A stretch of 64,000 nucleotides of DNA, from positions 836,844-900,843 of the forward strand of contig CP070693.1 of NCBI GenBank assembly GCA_020353235.1, read 5' to 3'. A program made the position numbers and the translations under genes. Within the stretch, counting starts at the first letter, position 1, and each line of letters starts with the position of its first letter. Positions 7,861-19,118 of this stretch are shown here, piece by piece. The DNA is from Dehalococcoidia bacterium. Lineage in GTDB: Bacteria > Chloroflexota > Dehalococcoidia > Dehalococcoidales > JAUYDJ01. The notes beneath the pieces were generated by a model. The model was not told the origin of the DNA. It searched no databases and worked only from the letters and a program-made list of their open reading frames with translations.

Positions 7861-9567
7861 ATGGCAGATAAGGTTGAAAAATTAGACAAGGTATCTTCCC
7901 GGATTCTTGATGATATGGAAAGCGATACCGATGTTTTCGGCAAAGCGCTCGCCAGAGCTGAGGAACTCAGCCGGTTGGCTCGCGAGGCAGCCGAGGGCTC
8001 AATAAAAGTTTCCCAGGAGGCAATCCGCCGTGCTGAGATATTGAGCCAGGTAGCCAAAGAGACGGCGGAAGAGGCGAAACAGCTGTCGCTGGAAGCAGTG
8101 CGCCGGGCGGAAGAGGTAATCAAGAGCACCCGGGCGACCGCTGAGAAGGCGACCAAGGCTTCCCAGCAAGCGGTGCAGCAGGCTGAGGAAGCTATCCAAT
8201 CGACCAAGTGGGCTACCGAGGCGTTGACTAAAGCCTTTGCTGAAGCGGCGCATAAAGCTGAGGAAACTGCCCAGTCGACCAAGCAGATGGCTGAGGAGTC
8301 GATAAAAGTATCCCAGGAAGCGATCGCCCGGACTGAGGCAATCGACCAATCGGCTAAGCAGATGGCTGAGGAGTCACTCAATATATCTCAGGAGACGATG
8401 CAGCGGGCTGACGAAGTAAGCCAGATGGCGCGCAAGATTGCTAATGAAGCCAAACGGGCATCAATCGAGGCGACCACCAGAGCGGAGAAAGCAGGTCGGG
8501 CGGCTGAGGAAACCGCCAAGTCGACAGAGCGGCTCTTTGCCAAAGCAATGACCCGGGCTGAGGAAATAAGCCGGATTGCGGAGGAGACAGCCGAGAGCTC
8601 GGTCAGGGCATCAGAGGAAGTAGTCAGCCGGGCTGACGGGATAGTCCAATCACTCCGCCAGGCTACTGCTGAGGCCAAGAAAGCCTCTGAGGAAGCCCTC
8701 AATAAGGCTGATGAGGTAGGTAAGTCGGCTTGGCAGACTATTGAGGAAGCCAAAAAGGCGGCTGAGGAAACCATCAGCAAGACTGATGAGACCAGCAAGC
8801 TGGCGGAGCAGACCGTTGCCGAATCGAAGAGGGTATCGGAGGAAGCGGTAAGTCGGGCTGACGAGATTAGCAAGTCGGCGAAAGAAGCCGTGGAGACATC
8901 AGCCAAGGCGTCGCAGGCAGCTATAACTCAGGCTGAGGGAGCCAATAAACTGGCTAAAGCGGCGGCTAAAGAAGCTGCCAAGCTATCACAGGAGGCGGCT
9001 GCGGAATCAAAGAAGGTCGCTGAGGCGGCGGTAAGCCGCTCTGAGGAAGCCGGCCGGTTGGCTCAGGAAACTGCTGCCGAGGCAAAAAAGGCGTCCCAGG
9101 AAGCCATAACCAGGTCTGAGGCAGCCGGTAAATCGGCAAAAGAAGCCGCTGAGGCATCAGCCAAGGCGTCTCAGGAGGCGATGCTGCGGGCGGAGAAGGC
9201 CAGCAAGTCAGCCAAATCGGCGGCGGAAGCATCGGCTAAATCAGCCAAGGAAGCCGCCGAGCAGGCAATAGCTGCTGCCCGAGAAGCGGCCGCAGCCTCA
9301 ATCAAGGCATTTGAGCAGGCTATCGGCGGGCCAGAAGCGGTAAGCCGGCTGACCGCAGTTGCTCAGGAGGCAGCCGGCAGACCCCAGGAAGCCGCCCCGG
9401 GTAAGGCGGCCAAAGCCAAGGAAAAGAAAGAAGAAGCAACGAAGGTAGGCCGGGATATTGAGAGCCGTTTGGAGTTTTTAGCCAGAATGTTTGCCGAAAA
9501 TAAGACCAAACGAGCCAGAAAAAGGGAAAGTGAGGAAGAGAAAGAGACTGAAGAAGAGGAAGAGTAA
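7861..9567 (+). CDS. Long Ala/Glu/Lys/Ser-rich alpha-helical repeat protein (25-residue repeats), function unknown
   Basis: The track ORF starts at a TTG (7855). The ATG at 7861 with the upstream RBS is more likely. There is no signal peptide and no TM segment. The tail is RLEFLARMF followed by basic then poly-acidic residues. Confidence 0.8.
   Translation: MADKVEKLDKVSSRILDDMESDTDVFGKALARAEELSRLAREAAEGSIKVSQEAIRRAEILSQVAKETAEEAKQLSLEAVRRAEEVIKSTRATAEKATKASQQAVQQAEEAIQSTKWATEALTKAFAEAAHKAEETAQSTKQMAEESIKVSQEAIARTEAIDQSAKQMAEESLNISQETMQRADEVSQMARKIANEAKRASIEATTRAEKAGRAAEETAKSTERLFAKAMTRAEEISRIAEETAESSVRASEEVVSRADGIVQSLRQATAEAKKASEEALNKADEVGKSAWQTIEEAKKAAEETISKTDETSKLAEQTVAESKRVSEEAVSRADEISKSAKEAVETSAKASQAAITQAEGANKLAKAAAKEAAKLSQEAAAESKKVAEAAVSRSEEAGRLAQETAAEAKKASQEAITRSEAAGKSAKEAAEASAKASQEAMLRAEKASKSAKSAAEASAKSAKEAAEQAIAAAREAAAASIKAFEQAIGGPEAVSRLTAVAQEAAGRPQEAAPGKAAKAKEKKEEATKVGRDIESRLEFLARMFAENKTKRARKRESEEEKETEEEEE
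7942..9204 (+). repeat. In-frame 75-bp (25-codon) degenerate tandem periodicity inside the repeat-protein gene
   Basis: The landmark triplet (R/K/Q)-(A/T/S)-(E/D) recurs at track residues 34, 59, 84, 109, 134, 159, 184, 209, 234, 259, 284, 309, 334 and 359. It then recurs at 395, 420 and 445. Counted by hand. Confidence 0.85.
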
Positions 9568-9594
9568 CACTGAATTACGGCAATAGGTAATTAG

Positions 9595-9641
9595 GGCACA
9601 AGTACCTTGACTTTTCACGGGGCAAACCATATACTTGTGCC
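9595..9641 (+). promoter_or_regulatory. Candidate promoter bracketed by a perfect 10-bp inverted repeat
   Basis: TTGACT (9607-9612), a 17-nt spacer and TATACT (9630-9635). The inverted repeat is GGCACAAGTA (9595-9604) and TACTTGTGCC (9632-9641). The right arm overlaps the -10. Confidence 0.4.
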
Positions 9642-9682
9642 GAAAATTCGCAAGATTTCATATTAAAGGGGGGTATTTTCTT

Positions 9683-10165
9683 ATGGTAGACCCGAAAGAG
9701 CAAGCTCAGAAGGTGGAGAAGAAAACCGAGGAGCCAGTAGTGGAACCAGCGGCTGAGGTTCAAGGAGAGGCCCTGGCTGAGGCTCAGGAACAGGCCGTGG
9801 AACCCTTGGCTGAGGTTCTGAAAAGGGTAGAACATGCCTATGCTGCTTATGTTGATGCGGAGAAAGAGGTGGCTAGGGTCTACAAGTCAAATGAGCAGCA
9901 GGTGGAGAAAGCCTACAAAGAGGCTGAGCAGCAGGCCAATATCGCTTGTGAGCAGGGCGTGGAAAGAGCCGCCCGAAATCGCGAGCGGGCGGAACAGCTG
10001 GCTGAGGAAGCGTATCACCGAGCCCGGGAACAGGCTAAGAAGAATTATGAAGAAAGTGTCAAGCGGAGCCTGGAAGCCCGTAGGGAAGCTATAGAACAGG
10101 CTTGGGTGGTTCGCACCGAATCTGTAGAACGGTCCTGGAAATTCTACTCCAAAGAGAAAAGATAA
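9683..10165 (+). CDS. Charged alpha-helical protein with hendecad-spaced aromatic residues, function unknown
   Basis: The likely start is the ATG at 9683 (MVDPKEQ), preceded by AAAGGGGGG. The track start at 9635 adds an implausible leader. The composition is Glu/Ala/Lys/Arg-rich, with no TM segment. Confidence 0.7.
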   Translation: MVDPKEQAQKVEKKTEEPVVEPAAEVQGEALAEAQEQAVEPLAEVLKRVEHAYAAYVDAEKEVARVYKSNEQQVEKAYKEAEQQANIACEQGVERAARNRERAEQLAEEAYHRAREQAKKNYEESVKRSLEARREAIEQAWVVRTESVERSWKFYSKEKR

Positions 10166-10193
10166 AGAGGCAAGCTAGCTAATCTCGGGTAAG

Positions 10194-11369
10194 TTACAGT
10201 AGCGAGGGTATATCGCGGAAGGCGTCCTCGATTCCTCGGTGTTCGTACTCTATCCCTTCCCATCTCGTCTTATAGGAGGAGATATACCTAATAGCTCTGG
10301 TAAAGTACTCCATGACCTTACCGACGTTAGTAAGTTCAGATAGTATCAAAGTGACTTCTATGGCCCGTTTTTCCCGGGGATAATCACCACTCCTGATTAT
10401 GGCTTCTGTGGCCACACGTTTGAGGCAACCTCCGATTTCATTAAGCAGTGACATGTTCAGTTCATCGGGTGGTGCGGAGAGGAGATACAGAGCTCGCTTG
10501 GCATCTGAGGGACGGCACTTAAGCGACAGGTCACTTATGGCATCACTCATTGCCTGAACCCCCCGGCGGCTTTCAACCGGCTGCTTCCTGAAATCCGAGG
10601 TTCCACCAAAGGCAAGCTTGAGCATTGGTATCTGAGTCCTACCATGGCCAATTACCGTCCACCCCGACAGGGTCTGAATTATGTCTCCGGCGTCGATAAT
10701 CTTAGCACCGATGTATTTCGGCTTCTTCTCTTCACCGGCGCAGAGCAGGTTATAAAAGGGGCTGACCAACCGGGCATTAATCTTGGCCAGGTTATGCTGA
10801 AGCGAGGCATCTTTGGTAATATACCGCTGGTTGTCAATCAGAAAGACGGCATCAGCCACCAGGTAAGCCGATTTGAGGCAGGTGGCGGTGTTGTATATCG
10901 TTCTCTCCTCCACCTTCTCTTCATGCCTGAAGGGAAGGACAATAACGTTGTATATCGGCTTTTCTGGGTAGCGCTCTTTGAGGTTTTGGGTCAGTATCGA
11001 TATTGCTCCCGAACCGGTACCGCCGGCGGCGCTGGCAATGACTACGAAGGCATCGGTCTCGTGGAATCGCTTGGTGTTTTTAACCGCTTCGGAGACCTTA
11101 TCGCCATCTTCCCGGGCTATCTCAGCACCTAGTTCGTTTATTTTGCCGACACCGTGACCACCTGTCTTTTGAGCGCCGATAAGCACTCGATGTGCTTGGT
11201 CTGGCCTGATGAAGGATAGTCCGCTTAAATCAGCAATATCGGTGTTGACGGCAATAATGTTGCTGATTATATCAATGCCACGCTGACCGCGTGCTCTTCC
11301 GTTGAGACGAGCAAACTCATCGGCAATCCGACCACCACACTGTCCGCAACCAATAACTAGTAGCTTCAC
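10194..11369 (-). CDS. Tubulin/FtsZ-superfamily GTPase, CetZ/tubulin-like (paralog A)
   Basis: 391 aa with a GTG start. Motifs are MKLLVIGCGQCGGRIAD (T1 loop), GHGVGKINELGAEIARED, SAAGGTGSG (tubulin signature), FLIDNQRY, a T7-like IIDAGDIIQTL, SGDYPRE and LILSELTNV, ending in DIPSLL. Confidence 0.85.
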   Translation of the reverse strand: MKLLVIGCGQCGGRIADEFARLNGRARGQRGIDIISNIIAVNTDIADLSGLSFIRPDQAHRVLIGAQKTGGHGVGKINELGAEIAREDGDKVSEAVKNTKRFHETDAFVVIASAAGGTGSGAISILTQNLKERYPEKPIYNVIVLPFRHEEKVEERTIYNTATCLKSAYLVADAVFLIDNQRYITKDASLQHNLAKINARLVSPFYNLLCAGEEKKPKYIGAKIIDAGDIIQTLSGWTVIGHGRTQIPMLKLAFGGTSDFRKQPVESRRGVQAMSDAISDLSLKCRPSDAKRALYLLSAPPDELNMSLLNEIGGCLKRVATEAIIRSGDYPREKRAIEVTLILSELTNVGKVMEYFTRAIRYISSYKTRWEGIEYEHRGIEDAFRDIPSLL

Positions 11370-11402
11370 TTTTTACCTTGATACTAAAAACCAACTTTTT
11401 CC

Positions 11403-12578
11403 TTATAGCAATGTCGGGATGTCTTTGCCAACTTCTTCCAGGGTTCTAAGCCTGCCCGCGGTCTCTTCTTCTCTCCGTTTGAACTCGGGGATGAGAGTGG
11501 TTGATTTACTATAGTACTCCCTGACCTTCTCCACGTTGCTCAATCCAGACAGGATCAGGGTAACCTCGACATGGGTTCTCTCCCGTGGGTAGTCACCATT
11601 CCTGATGGTAGCTTCTGGAGCAATACCTCTCAGATAGTCGCCAAGTTCTTTAACCAGGTCCATATTCATTTCTTTATGCGGTGCCGCCAGGAGGTATAGT
11701 GCCCGGCTGGCATCCGAGCAATCGCAGGTAATGGAAAGCTCACTCATCGCTTCATCCATTGCCTGTATTCCCTTATGGATTTCGGTGCTCTTGGTCCTGA
11801 AGTCAGACTTGCGGGGCAGAGGTAGATTAAACAAGGGCACATCTGATTGACCGTGACCGATGGTGGTCCAACCGGTCAGTGTCTGATTGATATCGCCGGC
11901 ATCGACGGTTTTGGCACCAATGTATTTGGTTTTCTTCTCCTCACCGGCGCAGAGCAGGTCATAGAACGGCTCCACAATCATTTCATTAATCTTGGTGAGG
12001 TTATTTCTGAGGGAGAAGTCCTTTCTGATATACCGCTGGTTGTCAATCAGAAAGACGGCATCAGCCACCTGATTGACTGATTTAATGCAGAGCGCCGAGT
12101 TATAAATAGCTCTTTCTTCGGTTGACTCTTCATGCTCAAAGGGCAAGATAACCATGGCATATAGTGGTTTATCTACATAGCGTTCTTTGATGAATTTGGT
12201 TAAGACTGGCAGCGCCCCTGAGCCGGTGCCACCGCCCGAAGAGGCAATCAGTAAGAAGGCGTCTGATTCATAGAACCGCTTGGCTCCTCGGATGGCATCA
12301 ATAACTTTATCGCTATCATCTCTGGCTATCTCAGCGCCCAGCTCGTTTATTTTACCGACGCCATGGCCACCGGTCTTTCTGGTTCCAATCAGGATTCTAT
12401 GCCGGTAATCAGATTTTATGTTGGACAGCCCGCTCAGGTCAGCCGCATCGGTGTTTACGGCGAAGACACCGGGGGTTATTTCAATGCGGCGTTGGCTACG
12501 TGCCCTTTTATTTATCCGGGCGAATTGGTCGGCAATCCTGCCGCCACACTGTCCGAACCCAATCACCACTAATTTCAT
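11403..12578 (-). CDS. Tubulin/FtsZ-superfamily GTPase, CetZ/tubulin-like (paralog B)
   Basis: 391 aa, preceded by a strong RBS (GAGGTGGG). It is colinear with paralog A without gaps and matches at 70 of the first 100 residues by hand count. Motifs are GQCGG, SSGGGTGSG, FLIDNQRY, TVDAGDINQTL and NGDYPRE, ending in DIPTLL. Confidence 0.85.
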   Translation of the reverse strand: MKLVVIGFGQCGGRIADQFARINKRARSQRRIEITPGVFAVNTDAADLSGLSNIKSDYRHRILIGTRKTGGHGVGKINELGAEIARDDSDKVIDAIRGAKRFYESDAFLLIASSGGGTGSGALPVLTKFIKERYVDKPLYAMVILPFEHEESTEERAIYNSALCIKSVNQVADAVFLIDNQRYIRKDFSLRNNLTKINEMIVEPFYDLLCAGEEKKTKYIGAKTVDAGDINQTLTGWTTIGHGQSDVPLFNLPLPRKSDFRTKSTEIHKGIQAMDEAMSELSITCDCSDASRALYLLAAPHKEMNMDLVKELGDYLRGIAPEATIRNGDYPRERTHVEVTLILSGLSNVEKVREYYSKSTTLIPEFKRREEETAGRLRTLEEVGKDIPTLL

Positions 12579-12607
12579 TTCCCACCTCAGTCTTAAATAT
12601 TTTACCT

Positions 12608-12637
12608 ATTTTACTCACACAAAGGTACTGATGTCAA
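12608..12637 (-). promoter_or_regulatory. Candidate promoter for the tubulin-like gene pair
   Basis: On the minus strand: TTGACA (12637-12632), an 18-nt spacer and TAAAAT (12613-12608). It lies in the 91-nt gap downstream of gap. Confidence 0.45.
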
Positions 12638-12669
12638 TAGCCGATAAGTAACGGGGGTGTAGTCACTAT

Positions 12670-15503
<2,834 letters not shown>

Positions 15504-15532
15504 TTTTTGATAAGAGTTCTGGCTTATATGAA

Positions 15533-15562
15533 ATTATATCACCTAAATCTAAGTATTAGCAA
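15533..15562 (-). promoter_or_regulatory. Candidate promoter upstream of the LOG-eno-gap string
   Basis: On the minus strand: TTGCTA, an 18-nt spacer ending in TGA, then a perfect TATAAT. Confidence 0.4.
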
Positions 15563-15566
15563 AAGA

Positions 15567-18205
<2,639 letters not shown>

Positions 18206-18323
18206 CTAATCGGGTTGCTTAAAGTATAGCACAGCCTCAGGCTAGGCAAAAGCAGAGCGTTTATGCTAAATTCAATCTTAAATAAGCTTTCTTTGCTAAA
18301 TAAAGATAAACGGGGGTCAGGCA

Positions 18324-19034
18324 ATGAAGGGACTGAAAGAATTGTTTCTGGTAGTGGGGATACTGGGGATAATATGCCTCGGCGGCTATATTGTTTACCA
18401 GATAGCCCATGCCGGCGGGGAGGTGGTGGGCTATGAGCGCGGCTATGTGGTGGGGGAGGGGGCGGGCTACAGCGTCGGTAAGCAGGACGGCTATCAGCAG
18501 GGCTATACGGTGGGCGAGACGGCTGGCTTTGATACTGGCTATGACGAAGGCAAAGACGTGGGCAAAGCCGAAGGCTATGACGAAGGCTATTCATCAGGGC
18601 AGACCGATGGCTACGACCAGGGCTATGAGATAGGCGTGGCTGATAGTCTGGGTCACGGCTATACTCTGAGAGACCCCACTTATAAAGAGGTGCTCAGCTT
18701 TCTCCGGCAGGATAAGACCGACGAAAATGAGTATATTGAGGACACCTACGGCGTCTATGTATGCAGTCACTTTGCCCGCGACGTGGGCAATAATGCCGAG
18801 GAGGCGGGATTGCGCGCCGCCTTTATCGAGTTGCGTTATCTGGATGGAGGACACGCCATAATTGCCTTTGATACCGTTGATGAGGGGCTGGTCTACTTTG
18901 ATCCGCGCACCGATGATAGGGCAAGACCAGTGGTGGGCAAGCGTTATTATGAGTGTGTTGAGCCCAGGCCCGGTCTCTCTTACGCGGAGCCTGATTTTGA
19001 CGACACCATAATGGACATTCTGGTTATCTGGTAA
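18324..19034 (+). CDS. Single-pass membrane protein with a long Gx3 (GYxxGYxxGxxx) repeat and a C-terminal putative Cys-His-Asp (transglutaminase/papain-like) domain
   Basis: 236 aa. The N-terminal TM segment is LFLVVGILGIICLGGYIVYQI. Glycines fall at every 4th residue from 32 to 104. The C-terminal region has C147 (YVCSHF), H177 (GGHAII) and D193 (YFDPRTD). Confidence 0.6.
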   Translation: MKGLKELFLVVGILGIICLGGYIVYQIAHAGGEVVGYERGYVVGEGAGYSVGKQDGYQQGYTVGETAGFDTGYDEGKDVGKAEGYDEGYSSGQTDGYDQGYEIGVADSLGHGYTLRDPTYKEVLSFLRQDKTDENEYIEDTYGVYVCSHFARDVGNNAEEAGLRAAFIELRYLDGGHAIIAFDTVDEGLVYFDPRTDDRARPVVGKRYYECVEPRPGLSYAEPDFDDTIMDILVIW

Positions 19035-19118
19035 AAAACTTGTCTCAGTTGGGGGCAATACGGTAAACTGAGTAATTAGCGGATTTCTCTTTATTTTTCA
19101 GGAAAGGGAACAGCAAGA

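Noticed and set aside
7942-9204. The 75-bp periodic repeat as a possible CRISPR array or minisatellite
   Set aside because: The periodicity is in frame within a single long ORF with a good promoter and RBS. The copies are degenerate at DNA level, and there is no alternation of identical repeats with unique spacers.
7779-9232. Several minus-strand ORFs (7779..8381, 7999..8349, 8388..8906, 8966..9232) rich in Ser/Ala/Leu
   Set aside because: They are mirror images of the Ala/Glu/Lys repeat gene. The GCx/GAx/AAG codon periodicity keeps the antisense frames open. They have no RBS and no independent motif.
10194-12578. Calling the two GTPases canonical FtsZ (cell-division) genes
   Set aside because: The N-terminal T1 loop is GQCGG (tubulin/CetZ-like) rather than the FtsZ GVGGGGxNAV. 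The signature is GGTGSG rather than the FtsZ GGGTGTG. The region after the signature follows the tubulin/CetZ DN(E/Q/D)A pattern. No ftsA, ftsQ or sepF neighbours are present.
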